From an uncultured virus (IMG/VR IMGVR_UViG_2811995017_000004) (lineage: Duplodnaviria; Heunggongvirae; Uroviricota; Caudoviricetes): 64,000 bases of DNA. The notes beneath the pieces are model-generated. The model did not search any database, was not told where the DNA came from, and saw nothing but the letters and a program-made list of their open reading frames with translations. The stretch is taken from positions 62,001-126,000 of the IMG/VR virus record IMGVR_UViG_2811995017_000004; one strand, given 5' to 3'. A program made the translations under genes and the position numbers. Within the stretch, counting starts at the first letter, position 1. Every line of letters starts with the position of its first letter. Shown here piece after piece: positions 26,224-37,450 of this stretch.

Positions 26224-27976
26224 CTTCACAACAGATCGTAAAAAACACAGCAGAGGTATTAACCTCTTCAATAAAGGCAGGAACTTCAACAAGAAATCTA
26301 AATCAGAAAGACTAATGGATGGTATTGGTGCTTGGGCTTCTTTTTATCGAGCAAATCCCCATCGTTTTGTAAAAGAATACTTAGGGATAACCCTTAAACT
26401 ATTTCAATGTATTTTGATTTACATGATGGTACATAACCATTATTTTATGTATTTAGCTAGTCGTGGACAGGGTAAAACTTGGTTAACCTCGGTGTACTGC
26501 TGTGTTCAAGCCATACTATTTCCTGGCACAAAGATAGTCATTGCTTCAGGAACTAAAGGACAAGCAAGAGAAGTTATTGAAAAGATTGATGATTTGCGAA
26601 AAGAGTCTCCGAATTTAAGACGAGAAATTGAGGACTTAAAAACTTCAACTAATGACGCAAGGGTCGAATTCCATAATGGTAGTTGGATTAAAATTGTTGC
26701 ATCAAACGACGGAGCTCGCTCAAAACGTGCAAACCTTTTGATTGTGGACGAGTTCAGAATGGTCGATTTTGAGATCATCAGCAAAGTATTGAGAAAGTTT
26801 CTTACCGCTCCAAGGTCTCCAAAATATCTTGAAAAAGAAGAATATGCTCATCTAAAAGAACGAAACAAAGAAATTTACTTATCATCCTGCTGGTATAAGG
26901 TTCACTGGTCATATAATAGATTTGTCACCTATTTTAATGCAATGATGAAAGGATCAAAATATTTTGTATGTGGTCTTCCTTATCAAATTGCCATTAAAGA
27001 AGGATTGCTTGATAAAGATCAAGTAAAAGACGAAATGTCTGAAGAGGACTTTGACCCAATTGGCTGGTCAATGGAAATGGAAGCATTGTGGTTTGGAGAA
27101 TCAGAAAAAGCTTATTTTAAATTTGAAGATCTCGAAAAAAATCGAAAGCTCGCCTCTCCCCTATTTCCACCTGATTATTATGACCTCATTAAAGATTCAA
27201 ATTTTAAATTTGAAAATAAAAAACCTGGTGAACTAAGGTTAATTAGCAACGACATTGCTGGCATGGCTGGTAAAGATAATGACGCCAGTGTTTACACTAT
27301 TTTTAGATTAATTCCAAATTCAAATGGTTATGATAGACACATTGTTTATATGGAGAGCATAGTTGGTGGACACACAGGTTCACAAGCAACAAGGATAAGA
27401 CAATTATTTGAAGATTATGCATGTGACTATATTGTGCTAGATACTCAAAGCATTGGTCTAGGTGTATATGATGCTCTTTGTCAGCCTCTATATGATAAAG
27501 AAAGAGCTAAAGAATATGAACCACTCTCTTGTATCAATGACGAAAAAATGGCTGAACGTTGCACGTATCAAAATGCCGAAAAACTCATTTACAGCATTAA
27601 AGGTAACGCTCAGTTAAATAGTGAGATTGCAGTTCTTCTTAAAGACGGATTTAAACGAGGAAAAATTAAAATCCCTATAAATGAAAATGAAGGTCGAGAG
27701 TATTTGAAGCGATTCAAGGGATACGAAGCCTTACCAGAAGAAACCAAGGCCAAATTTGTTTCATCTTATGTTCAAATCACCTTGTTGATCAATGAAATGA
27801 TAAACCTTGAAGCTGAATACAGCGATAACGGACAAATCAAGCTAAAAGAACCTAAGAGTAAACGAAAAGACAGATATAGTTCCGTGGCGTATGGGAATTA
27901 TGTTGCTACCCTTTTAGAACGAAAACTCAACAAACAAACAGAATATGACATTGATGATGATCTTGTCTACTTTTAA
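26207..27976 (+). CDS. yonF: terminase large subunit
   Basis: ASRGQGKT Walker A, LIVDE Walker B, RNase H-like domain ending KDRYSS; 589 aa. Confidence 0.92.
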   Translation: MASYSNFTTDRKKHSRGINLFNKGRNFNKKSKSERLMDGIGAWASFYRANPHRFVKEYLGITLKLFQCILIYMMVHNHYFMYLASRGQGKTWLTSVYCCVQAILFPGTKIVIASGTKGQAREVIEKIDDLRKESPNLRREIEDLKTSTNDARVEFHNGSWIKIVASNDGARSKRANLLIVDEFRMVDFEIISKVLRKFLTAPRSPKYLEKEEYAHLKERNKEIYLSSCWYKVHWSYNRFVTYFNAMMKGSKYFVCGLPYQIAIKEGLLDKDQVKDEMSEEDFDPIGWSMEMEALWFGESEKAYFKFEDLEKNRKLASPLFPPDYYDLIKDSNFKFENKKPGELRLISNDIAGMAGKDNDASVYTIFRLIPNSNGYDRHIVYMESIVGGHTGSQATRIRQLFEDYACDYIVLDTQSIGLGVYDALCQPLYDKERAKEYEPLSCINDEKMAERCTYQNAEKLIYSIKGNAQLNSEIAVLLKDGFKRGKIKIPINENEGREYLKRFKGYEALPEETKAKFVSSYVQITLLINEMINLEAEYSDNGQIKLKEPKSKRKDRYSSVAYGNYVATLLERKLNKQTEYDIDDDLVYF

Positions 27977-27993
27977 AAGAAATGAGGTGAATT

Positions 27994-29514
27994 ATGGCTG
28001 GTATTAATAAAATCGATATTGAATCAGAGGAGTACCAAAAGCTGCTAAACGATTACAGTACCTATGTGTCTACTTTTGCATCTGGCTTCGTTTCTAACCT
28101 ATTTTCTCAAGGTATTATAAGTGAAGTAGATGCTAAGCAGTTAAAAGAATACTTTTCTAACCCTGATAAGTTTCAGGAAGAGATAGAAAATCTTGCTCAA
28201 TATTTCTATATTTCAACCGCTGAGATCCACCAACTTTTTGAGTTAATCGAAGCTCTCCCAACTTTGAATTATAAAATTGATTCCTTTGTGAAAAGCAAGT
28301 CCTCTGATAAGCACATCTCCCTTTTAAATAAATCCCTCCATAGAGTAAAACATAAAAGATTAACTCGCGACTTGCTAAAACAAACTGCAGCAGCAGGAAC
28401 ACTCGTTGGAATTTGGCTAGGAGATGAAAAATCCCCCTACCCTTTTGTGTTTGACAGCGTTAAATATGCTTTTCCAGCTTTCAGAAGAAATGGTGATTGG
28501 GTTTGTTTAATCGATATGGAGTATTTCAGCAACATCAAAGAGGACTATAGAAAAGAGCTACTACACAGCTTTTCCCCTTTCATTAAGAATTCAGATTATG
28601 AAAACTTCCTAAAAGATCGAGAGAAATACAGATATAAGGAACTCCCTCAAGAACGGACATTCCCACTTCGAACCGGAACTTTAAAAAGGAATCAAGGGTT
28701 AGGTACATCTTGGGTAACACCAGGTTTATATGATGTTCTACATAAGAAGAAACTTAAAGACGTTGAAAGAGCTATCGCCAATAAAATCATTAATGCAGTT
28801 GCTGTTTTAACCATCGGGACTGATAAAGGTAAAGGCGAGTACACAAATCTTAAGCTTCCAAGACCAGTAAAGCAAAAAATTCATTCTGGAGTGAAGACTG
28901 CTTTAGAAAAAAACAATAAAGATGGAGTTACAGTCGTTTCCATCCCCGACTTTGCAAATTTGGAGTTCCCGGATGTAAAAGCCGATGGATTAGACGGAAC
29001 AAAATTTGACCACATCAACAGTGACATACAATCTGCTTATGGTTTATCAGGATCTTTGCTAAATGGTGATGGCGGCAACTATGCAACGTCCTCATTAAAC
29101 TTAGATACCTTTTACAAAAGAATTGGCGTCTTAATGGAGGAAGTTGAACAGGAAGTATATCAAAAACTCTTTAACCTTATCCTTCCTGCAGGTCAAAAAG
29201 ATAATTATTACATGAACTATGACAAAGATAAGCCTTTAACACTTAAAGAAAAGATGGACATTCTCATTAAGCTTAATGATAAAGGATGGTCAATTAAACA
29301 TGTTATCGACAATATTGCAGGCGTGTCATGGGAAAGTTATTTGGAACAAACTTTATATGAAACAGATGAATTAAATCTTCAAGATAAGATAAAGCCTTAT
29401 CAAACATCCTATACATATACAGGCAATGAAGCTGGACACCCTGTTGTAGATGAAAGTACTAATGAAAACACTATTAAATCTGCAACATCAAATGGAAACA
29501 GCTTACCAGACTAA
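27994..29514 (+). CDS. yonE: portal protein
   Basis: 506 aa, position after terminase. Confidence 0.8.
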   Translation: MAGINKIDIESEEYQKLLNDYSTYVSTFASGFVSNLFSQGIISEVDAKQLKEYFSNPDKFQEEIENLAQYFYISTAEIHQLFELIEALPTLNYKIDSFVKSKSSDKHISLLNKSLHRVKHKRLTRDLLKQTAAAGTLVGIWLGDEKSPYPFVFDSVKYAFPAFRRNGDWVCLIDMEYFSNIKEDYRKELLHSFSPFIKNSDYENFLKDREKYRYKELPQERTFPLRTGTLKRNQGLGTSWVTPGLYDVLHKKKLKDVERAIANKIINAVAVLTIGTDKGKGEYTNLKLPRPVKQKIHSGVKTALEKNNKDGVTVVSIPDFANLEFPDVKADGLDGTKFDHINSDIQSAYGLSGSLLNGDGGNYATSSLNLDTFYKRIGVLMEEVEQEVYQKLFNLILPAGQKDNYYMNYDKDKPLTLKEKMDILIKLNDKGWSIKHVIDNIAGVSWESYLEQTLYETDELNLQDKIKPYQTSYTYTGNEAGHPVVDESTNENTIKSATSNGNSLPD

Positions 29515-29547
29515 TTTGCAATGTTTTGAAAGGAGGTGAATAAACGT

Positions 29548-30986
29548 TTGTCCAAAGAGCAAAAGAAAAAAGTTTTTCAATTGCAGCTAAATGAGATAAA
29601 GAAAACAGATGATCCCACAAAGCTCCCCTGCACTTTTATCATTTTTGACTTTGAGGCATCTCATAACAATACAGTCATTTCTAAGGAAGTTGCTTTGGAC
29701 GCCTCCCCTACTATTATCAATAAGCCTATTGTTGCAAAATACCATGAGGTTGAAGAAGTCAACACGGCTACCGATGCTCTTGGATCTCATGAAGCATTTT
29801 TAGGTACTGATAAACATGGTGAACTTGAAGTTAAGACAGATACTACTCCAATTGGCGTGTTTACTTCTGAAGGATACATTATGCAGATCGATACTCCAGA
29901 AGGAAAAAAAGAAGTTTTGGCCGCCGATGCAGTTTTATGGAGTTCACGTTTCAGCGATGCCTGCGAGCTTTTATTGGAATGGTATTCGCGGGGCATCAAT
30001 ATAAACACAAGCTGCGAAATTCTATACTCAAATTACTCTGTTAAAGATGGGATAGAGTATATTGAAACACCCATTTATTTAGAAGGTCATGCGATCTTGA
30101 ATTCTGAAAAGCGAGGTGAACACGATGTTGTCCTCCCTGCTTATGATTCATCTCGTTTAGTGAGCTTTAATGAGATGCAAAAATTCGAGAAATTAATAGC
30201 GCAAGCCGCTATCCAAGAAAAACAAAAGGAAGGTGAAAAAGTGGATAAATTTAAAAAAGTCTTTGAGTTATCACATTCAGACATAAGAGCACTTATCTAT
30301 AATCAGCTTGATCCAACTCTCGAATCAAATGAGGAATCATACATTGCTGATGTGTATGATTCATATTTTATTGTAAACATTTATAGCTGGTCTGAAGATA
30401 ATTCTTACGACAAATATTACAAAGTTAACTACACCAAAAATGGGGATACTTTGACAATTGATTTGGACTCTAAAACTGAAGTCTTCTTAAAAAGAAATTG
30501 GGAAGAAGTTGTCCCCGAAGATATCCAAAGTCAACTGAATGAGAAAAACAAAAAATTTCAGAGCTCTCCGAGCAATTTAATGAAATCAAGGAGAGTAAAG
30601 CTAAGCTTGAAGAGCAGTTTAATGCAGCAAGCGAAAAACTCGTTCAGTTAAATTCTGCTGTAGAAGAGCTAAAACCGTTCAAAGAAAAACATGAAAAAGC
30701 AGAGTTCGAAAAAAGAATCCAAGAAAAGAAAGAATTCTATAAATCTAAATTTGAAGCTCTTAATGCTGAAGAGAAATATGAAACTGAAGAAGTTCAAAAT
30801 CTTATTCTGGCATCTGCTAAAGACAACGAAGAAGCCGATAAAGCAGTTCTTCAATTGAATTCAATGTTGGTCGAACTTGTTGATCATGCAACTGATCAAG
30901 ATGGAATTTTTATTAGAGAGATGTCCAGCAAACGTGAAAAATTACTAAAAGATGATGATTCGTTTGAATCGCGTTATTCATCTTAA
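29548..30986 (+). CDS. yonD: prohead protease/scaffold (apparent frameshift in A-run near 30550)
   Basis: One added A extends ORF 29536-30651 through a coiled-coil to the stop at 30984-30986. Confidence 0.78.
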
Positions 30987-31011
30987 AAAACTTAAAATGG
31001 AGGATTTATAA

Positions 31012-31614
31012 ATGGCTACTAGACTACAAACTGCCCTCACAGAAGTAGGCACCCACACTACTGGTAACTTGAATTCATTAAAAATCAAAACTCTTGCTCA
31101 CGGTGCTAAGGTGTCTGGATCAGATATCGACAACTTTATGCTTGTGGAACTCGGTTTTGATGAAGAAGGAAACCGCATTGCAAAAAAACTTTCCGACAAA
31201 AAGCACAGAGCTTATTTAATTGCAGCCCCAGAAGTTCGTTATTTGGGCGAGTCTTTGACTGATTTCTATAATGCTAAAGGTGAACATGCTCGTATCGTTA
31301 TTTTGGAACCAGGATACACACGTTTTGATGTTTCTGCTTTTTCTCTGAATGAAGGCGTCAAAGAAGTTAAACGAGGACAAGTGGCGCACTTTGATATTAA
31401 AACTGAAAAATACATTTTAAGTGACGCTGCTTCACCACATGCTGACTTTGCAGACTCTTCTGCTAAATTCCTTGTTGTAAACAGCGAGGATGATCTCCAA
31501 TACACAATGGGACAAAAGCTCGTACGTCTCGAAGTAATCACAGGATCAGAAACAGGATTAGTCCCAAGAACAAGTGCAGAAACTCAAACTAAAGCCGTAG
31601 ACATTGGCGATTAA
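31012..31614 (+). CDS. yonC: YonC, probable head decoration protein, with C-terminal TQTKAVDIGD tag
   Basis: Position between scaffold and capsid genes. Confidence 0.75.
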   Translation: MATRLQTALTEVGTHTTGNLNSLKIKTLAHGAKVSGSDIDNFMLVELGFDEEGNRIAKKLSDKKHRAYLIAAPEVRYLGESLTDFYNAKGEHARIVILEPGYTRFDVSAFSLNEGVKEVKRGQVAHFDIKTEKYILSDAASPHADFADSSAKFLVVNSEDDLQYTMGQKLVRLEVITGSETGLVPRTSAETQTKAVDIGD

Positions 31615-31657
31615 TACATAAATTTGAATAAACACTTATTGAAAAGGAGTACGTTAT

Positions 31658-32674
31658 ATGAAACTTGACACTGTAAAAATTAAAGGCTTATTCAGCCGTG
31701 TGGTTAACAATAAGATGGAAACCACAGATAAATCAGATATCGAAACTTATATTAAAAAAGTATTTGGTGATGGAACTGTTACTCCTGACCCTTCTATGTT
31801 GCATCAGTTTAATACACTTGTAGTCCAACAGGCTGATGAAATTGCAAAACCGATGGTAACGAATCTTCTTTCGCTATTTGCAAATCTCGAACAAGAGAAG
31901 CCTGGGAATCTAAAACTAATCAGAATCCCTAAGAAAAACAAAGCAAAAGTGATTTGGTCTGCTAGTGGATCAGGCGTAGATCTGGTTCGAGTTGAAGGTC
32001 GGGAGAATGTACCTGCTGTTCCTCAAACCCTATCTACTGGTTTTTACTACGAGCCACTTGATCTTGTAACTGATTCTGTTGAGTACTTCAACAAATTAGT
32101 TAATGATATTGCCAATGCAAAAGTTCGTTTGTATTTGGATAATATTCATCAATTAACTGCGGCTGCCATTGCTAAAGGAAAAATCCCACCAAAAAACGTT
32201 TCTGTTGGTTCAAACCTAACACTAAAAAAATACAGTGAAGTTGCCTCTGTTCTTCAACGTTATGGAGGTAGACCGGTATTCATCGCCGATTCCCTACTCA
32301 TTGATTACTTTGCATTCCAACAATCTACAGATTCTACATATAAAAACCTTCTAACTGATGGCATTAAAAATGAACTTTTGACTGCCTTAAACCCTGCAAC
32401 AATTGGAAGAACCACAGCAGTAAACCTTACAAATCCATTTACTGATGAAACTAATTCAAAAGTTGAACTTCCAGTAAATAAAGGCTATATGTTTGCTGGT
32501 GGTGTATCACAAAAACCATTTTCAATTGTTGAGTATGGTGGACTTCGCCAATATACAGAACAGGATATCGAAGACGAAAGAGTCAAAATGAAAATTGCTC
32601 AATCAGCTTCCGTCAACCTTCTGTTTGGTGAGGCAATTGGAATTATCGAGGAGCAAGCAGCAGTATCTATTTAA
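31658..32674 (+). CDS. yonB: major capsid protein
   Basis: 338 aa, strong RBS, position. Confidence 0.82.
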   Translation: MKLDTVKIKGLFSRVVNNKMETTDKSDIETYIKKVFGDGTVTPDPSMLHQFNTLVVQQADEIAKPMVTNLLSLFANLEQEKPGNLKLIRIPKKNKAKVIWSASGSGVDLVRVEGRENVPAVPQTLSTGFYYEPLDLVTDSVEYFNKLVNDIANAKVRLYLDNIHQLTAAAIAKGKIPPKNVSVGSNLTLKKYSEVASVLQRYGGRPVFIADSLLIDYFAFQQSTDSTYKNLLTDGIKNELLTALNPATIGRTTAVNLTNPFTDETNSKVELPVNKGYMFAGGVSQKPFSIVEYGGLRQYTEQDIEDERVKMKIAQSASVNLLFGEAIGIIEEQAAVSI

Positions 32675-32714
32675 GGATTTAAATATAACAATAAGGATTT
32701 ATTAGGAGGAAGAA

Positions 32715-33185
32715 ATGGCTGAAACAGTTAAATTGGCTCGATATAGAAACACTTCTTATTTTGTTGGAGACACTGGAGATGGCACACATAAACAATACAC
32801 CTGGGCAGGAAGCAAAAACGGTAAGGCTGACATTAAAGAAGTGCCAAAAGAGGTCGTTGAATGGTTGACAATGAACAGCGTCTGCTTTGATAAAGGTGAA
32901 TTGGTTATTGTCGATGAAGATGACTCAACAAAAGAACTTAAAGAATCTATTGTTGATGCAGAGACATATTCAAATAACACCCACACAAAAGAAGAAATCA
33001 CAAAAATGATCAAAACAGGTAACATTGCACAAATGAAAAGTAAACTTGAAAAGATAACAGTTGACTCGGAAAAACAGTTTGTTATTGATGTTGCCTCTGA
33101 ATTCAGTGATGATATTCCTGCTGGGAAACTTAAAGCATTAGCTGAATGGATGGGTGTCGAAGATCCTTCCTTGCTTTTTGACTAG
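32715..33185 (+). CDS. yonA: YonA virion/assembly protein
   Basis: 156 aa, synteny. Confidence 0.75.
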   Translation: MAETVKLARYRNTSYFVGDTGDGTHKQYTWAGSKNGKADIKEVPKEVVEWLTMNSVCFDKGELVIVDEDDSTKELKESIVDAETYSNNTHTKEEITKMIKTGNIAQMKSKLEKITVDSEKQFVIDVASEFSDDIPAGKLKALAEWMGVEDPSLLFD

Positions 33186-33196
33186 GAGGTTCAATA

Positions 33197-33595
33197 ATGA
33201 CTTCTTATGATGAAATTTGGGAGTTTTTCTTGCTAAACTGCAAAACGTCTGATATCAATTTACCCACAGACGAAACGCTAATTTATAAGTCTATAAGGAA
33301 TGCAGTTCTTCGATTCAACAATCGACTTCGCGACAAAAAAATAAAGTGTAACGATGAAACCGAAACGGTAAATAGAGTAATGAACGAGGATGATTTATTG
33401 ATTCTCGTTCATTATTTACGTCTAATTTTTTTAACTAATGAACAGACTTTTTTCCAGACAACATGGCAGCCATTTGCAAAAGACGTTGGCGTTACTAACT
33501 ATGGTACACAAATCAATTCATTAGGAAAGTCTATCGAAGAGCAAAAAGCAGAAATTGATCGCCTCATTATGAATACAGAGGTGGACTATTTATGA
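33197..33595 (+). CDS. yomZ: head-tail connector-region protein
   Basis: Size and synteny. Confidence 0.7.
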   Translation: MTSYDEIWEFFLLNCKTSDINLPTDETLIYKSIRNAVLRFNNRLRDKKIKCNDETETVNRVMNEDDLLILVHYLRLIFLTNEQTFFQTTWQPFAKDVGVTNYGTQINSLGKSIEEQKAEIDRLIMNTEVDYL

Positions 33596-33834
33596 GCAAT
33601 AAAAGTGTTTTTCAACCCTTTGATGAAGGACAAGCACCTTTCTCATTACAAGAGCACTGCGTAAGATTAAGCAAGAAAAACAACTCAGTTCTTTATAAAG
33701 TAGAGCAACATCTAAATAAGAAAATGCTTGCTGATGCAGAACTGGCTGAAATTCGTGAAATCATTTTGGACGTGAGTGCTGAAATCGTAAGATTAGGTCA
33801 ATACCTATCCGGTGATTTAAATGAAGGACTTTAG
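33592..33834 (+). CDS. yomY: hypothetical virion-region protein
   Basis: Size and synteny. Confidence 0.6.
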   Translation: MSNKSVFQPFDEGQAPFSLQEHCVRLSKKNNSVLYKVEQHLNKKMLADAELAEIREIILDVSAEIVRLGQYLSGDLNEGL

Positions 33835-34480
33835 AAATTATTATCAGATTGATGCTAATAAAAAAATTGAACATGATGGAAAATTGATTTTTCAGGCTGG
33901 TCTAAAAGGATTTCAATCCGAGACTGTATCAATTGACGGGAAAGAATCGATACAGTGTTTGATTACCTCGAAGTATTCCAATGGTGATGGAATGACTAAA
34001 TACATTCTTGGACTGCCCGAAGATATCTATATTGGAGGAGTTGTTAAATGGGGTACTGAGCAATGGTTAATCAGTACATTCCCAAGCTTTAATAAAATTT
34101 ATAAAAAAGCAGAAATTAGACTGTGCAACTCCTCAATAAAGATCACCGCTAATGACAAATGGATTGATTCAGACAAGATAAGCGAAGTTACTGGAAAACC
34201 AATCAAAGTTAAAGTGCCTGGAGAAGTTATTAAAATACCCTGCATTTTTGAACGATCCACATCTATAAATGGGACTGACCTCGCTGTAAATCTCCCTGAC
34301 GGCCAAGCGAACATCACAATTCCAAATGTAAATAACGACAAAATTAAAATTGGGCTCCTCCTCTCTTTCTTTGGTGAGGATTATCTTGTTAATGACATTG
34401 ACTACTCTAAGGTTTATGGAGATCACGGCACAATAAAATTAATTGCTAAAAAGAAAGTCAGAGGTGATGGTAGTGCATGA
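33821..34480 (+). CDS. yomX: head closure/adaptor-region protein
   Basis: Size and synteny. Confidence 0.7.
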   Translation: MKDFRNYYQIDANKKIEHDGKLIFQAGLKGFQSETVSIDGKESIQCLITSKYSNGDGMTKYILGLPEDIYIGGVVKWGTEQWLISTFPSFNKIYKKAEIRLCNSSIKITANDKWIDSDKISEVTGKPIKVKVPGEVIKIPCIFERSTSINGTDLAVNLPDGQANITIPNVNNDKIKIGLLLSFFGEDYLVNDIDYSKVYGDHGTIKLIAKKKVRGDGSA

Positions 34481-35007
34481 GCAATATGGTTGAACACATG
34501 ACCAAGATTTTCAGAACATTGATTAATGATTCTGAACTCAACAGGCTTCTGTATTATAAGGACAACCCCCTCTCCCCTGACCTCCCGGATGTTCAGGACT
34601 TAGAAGGCTATGAAGTCGAAACAACTGTTGAAGAAGATGGAAAAGTCCGCATTATCCCCCCTATTTTCAAGACAATCTTCAAAAGAGCTCCAAAAACCGA
34701 TGACATTACTGAATCACCAATCTGTAGAGTATGCATGTATTTAGGAAGTGGCTTATCAAAGCCCTCTAATCAAAGCTATTTGCTTATGGATCAAGACCTT
34801 CATATTGATGTCTACACTCATATTGAGACATATGAAGAAAATGAATTTAGATCTTTAAAAATTTTGGACAGGTTATCTGAGCTTCTTTTCAATAAAAATA
34901 TCGCTGGCTTCGGAAAGGCTATGGCTCCTAAAAGAATGCTGATCGGAAACCCACCTACTGGGTATTTGGGTTATAAAATGATTTTCACATTCGGAGCAAT
35001 GAAATGA
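34477..35007 (+). CDS. yomW: probable tail completion protein
   Basis: Size and synteny. Confidence 0.7.
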   Translation: MSNMVEHMTKIFRTLINDSELNRLLYYKDNPLSPDLPDVQDLEGYEVETTVEEDGKVRIIPPIFKTIFKRAPKTDDITESPICRVCMYLGSGLSKPSNQSYLLMDQDLHIDVYTHIETYEENEFRSLKILDRLSELLFNKNIAGFGKAMAPKRMLIGNPPTGYLGYKMIFTFGAMK

Positions 35008-35723
35008 ACGAAAATTCTCAAGAACTATTTATCTTAGGTATCCCCGTTGACACTCCTATTGGTAAGTGTCATTTCCTCAAAATGAAGGATTACAACGACT
35101 ATGCGGCATACCTGAACTTAATAAAGATGAGCAAAAATGAGATTGTTTATAGATATAGCCAGCTTAATAAAAACGGTGAATTAAACGAGCTTATTGAAGA
35201 AATGAAGAAGCTGCCTCTTTTTGATATCGTTAATCAATTACCAAATTTCAATGAGGCTTATTCTGAAGTGTTCCAAAAGGTCTTTCAGAATGAGGGTATA
35301 TTTGAATTAATTGATCGAGATAATTTCATTTCAATAAGAAAACTTATTATAGAAATGCACTGTCTCAAAGAAGAAAAGATTAGTCCAAACCCAGAAGTTC
35401 AACGAAGAATCGAGCAAAGTAAAAGATTAAAAAGACAAGAACAAGAGCTGCTTGAAGTGTATGACATGATCAGTTCAATCATGGCCTTTACAGGTGTCCC
35501 ATACAAAGAAATTGCAGAAATGACAATGTATCAAATGTATATGACTTTCTATCGTATCGATAGAATCAAGGATTACGATACATCTATTTTATTTGCAACA
35601 GTATCCCCTGAAGCAGGTAAGAATATTAAACACTGGAGTGAACATGTTGACCTCTTTGAAGAAGAGAGTCATGCACTGACTGATGAACAAGTTAAAAACT
35701 TAAAAAGATTGTTTCAAGGCTGA
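35004..35723 (+). CDS. yomV: tail assembly-region protein
   Basis: Size and synteny. Confidence 0.7.
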   Translation: MNENSQELFILGIPVDTPIGKCHFLKMKDYNDYAAYLNLIKMSKNEIVYRYSQLNKNGELNELIEEMKKLPLFDIVNQLPNFNEAYSEVFQKVFQNEGIFELIDRDNFISIRKLIIEMHCLKEEKISPNPEVQRRIEQSKRLKRQEQELLEVYDMISSIMAFTGVPYKEIAEMTMYQMYMTFYRIDRIKDYDTSILFATVSPEAGKNIKHWSEHVDLFEEESHALTDEQVKNLKRLFQG

Positions 35724-35746
35724 TTAATCATCAGTCTTTTTTTATT
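35718..35746 (+). terminator. intrinsic terminator
   Basis: GGCTGAT/ATCAGTC hairpin plus T-tract. Confidence 0.65.
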
Positions 35747-35767
35747 TAAATTCAAGGAGGATATTTA

Positions 35768-36562
35768 ATGACCAAGAAAACAGTTATTCATGATACAGCA
35801 GATGTTACTTGGAAACGAAAATCCGATGGACATGTGATTTCTGCTGCCGAAGCTCAATTGGCTTCTATTTCTCAATCAATTTCAGAAGAAGAGTTAAAAG
35901 GTGGTATTGGAAACAAAACTCTTTATCTCCTTCGTTCTGATAAGTCAATTGATGCAAAAGTTAAAAATGCATTCTTTGACATGGAATTCATGGCAATGAC
36001 TCAAGGGGTTGCAATTGAAGAAAACAAATTCAATGTATTTGAACGCGAAGATGTAACCGTTGATACAGATGGGACAGTAAAACTGCAGAAAACTCCTATT
36101 GGTACGGTATCGCTTAAAAATAGCAAAGGTGCAGCTGTACAAGCTGAATTTAAAGATGGCGTAGTTACGGTTCCTGAAGGTTTTGCCGAAGAGGGAGATG
36201 TGCTTACTGCAGTATACAAAGTTGAAGTAACTGGTGAAACAGTAGAAATCAACACGAACAAATTCTCTGAAATGTACGAGCTTGAATATCACACTATCGA
36301 GTATGATCCGGACACTGGTGTTGTTTACAGTGACCTCTATATTCAATTCGACAAGGTTGCACCATCTGGTGAATTTGAAATGTCTCTTGAAAATGGCTCT
36401 GCTTACACGCCAGAGCTTTCATTTAAGGTTCTTGCAGCAGACAGCAAAGGTAAAATTGGTAGGTTCGCACGAGTGCCTCGAACTGAAACCAACACACCTG
36501 TAACTCCTCCCCCATCTCCAGATACAGGAACTCAAACAAAAGCTGTAGATATTGGTGACTAA
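35768..36562 (+). CDS. yomU: major tail (tube) protein with Pro/Thr linker and TQTKAVDIGD tag
   Basis: 264 aa, AAGGAGG RBS, synteny. Confidence 0.78.
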   Translation: MTKKTVIHDTADVTWKRKSDGHVISAAEAQLASISQSISEEELKGGIGNKTLYLLRSDKSIDAKVKNAFFDMEFMAMTQGVAIEENKFNVFEREDVTVDTDGTVKLQKTPIGTVSLKNSKGAAVQAEFKDGVVTVPEGFAEEGDVLTAVYKVEVTGETVEINTNKFSEMYELEYHTIEYDPDTGVVYSDLYIQFDKVAPSGEFEMSLENGSAYTPELSFKVLAADSKGKIGRFARVPRTETNTPVTPPPSPDTGTQTKAVDIGD

Positions 36563-36601
36563 TAATCAAAATTCAAAACATAAATAAGGAGAGATTCTAT
36601 T

Positions 36602-36973
36602 ATGGCAGAACAATTTCTAAACGAAAGTAACGGAGTATTCACTGCTGCAGAGAACGATGGCACAGGTAAACCAGTAACTCCCGTATATCTGAAAGGTAAC
36701 AGTGAGGTCAATCCTTTATACATTAAAGGAATGCAGGGTGAACCTGGACCACAAGGGCCAAAAGGTGATAAGGGAGATAAAGGTGACAAAGGTGATCCGG
36801 CTGTCATTGAAGCAAAAAGTATCACCAACGAAATGCTAGCAGACAAGTCTGTAAGAAGTAACAACATCGGAACCGGCAGCGTCATGCTGGATCACTTTAA
36901 CAGCGAAGTAAAGGCCGTTTTAGATGGTCTGCAAAAGCAAATCGATGAGTTGAAAGGTGGAACAACTAGTTAA
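36602..36973 (+). CDS. small collagen-like (Gly-X-Y) fibre protein
   Basis: GMQGEPGPQGPKGDKGDKGDKGD and a C-terminal coiled coil. Confidence 0.8.
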   Translation: MAEQFLNESNGVFTAAENDGTGKPVTPVYLKGNSEVNPLYIKGMQGEPGPQGPKGDKGDKGDKGDPAVIEAKSITNEMLADKSVRSNNIGTGSVMLDHFNSEVKAVLDGLQKQIDELKGGTTS

Positions 36974-37006
36974 AAAGAGTAGTATTCGAATACAGAATAT
37001 AATGAC

Positions 37007-37033
37007 GAGGGGATTTCTCCCCTCTTCTTTTTT
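37007..37033 (+). terminator. intrinsic terminator
   Basis: GAGGGGA/TCCCCTC hairpin plus T-tract. Confidence 0.7.
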
Positions 37034-37082
37034 ATTTCGATAAAATACAAGTTTTATGCAAATCAATATAAGGAGGCGTGTA

Positions 37083-37448
37083 ATGTCAGTTTGCGATTAT
37101 AAGAAATTGCCTCGAAAAATCGAACCCTTAGTTACCCCCTTCACCTTTCACGATTCAGTTACTGAAGTCGGAGAAGGAGAAAAATTCATCGTGGAGTCTC
37201 ATCGAACACTTACAGTAGAGATTACAGGTGACTGTACTTCAAGAGAAGTTAAGTTTTTCACCGTTACACAGAATGGGAAAAAGATCGCTCTTGAAGGAAT
37301 TAACACATCTAATCACATGTTTGGCGCAAGTACACTCGGTATTGATGAGATTTGGGAGTTCGACATTGCTGGGAAGACCGCAGTTCTACTTGAAGTGACA
37401 AAGATTAATGGTGGTTCAATTACCATCAAAGGAAATGCGGTGACTTAA
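37083..37448 (+). CDS. yomS: YomS-like protein
   Basis: AAGGAGG RBS, synteny. Confidence 0.65.
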   Translation: MSVCDYKKLPRKIEPLVTPFTFHDSVTEVGEGEKFIVESHRTLTVEITGDCTSREVKFFTVTQNGKKIALEGINTSNHMFGASTLGIDEIWEFDIAGKTAVLLEVTKINGGSITIKGNAVT

Positions 37449-37450
37449 CT

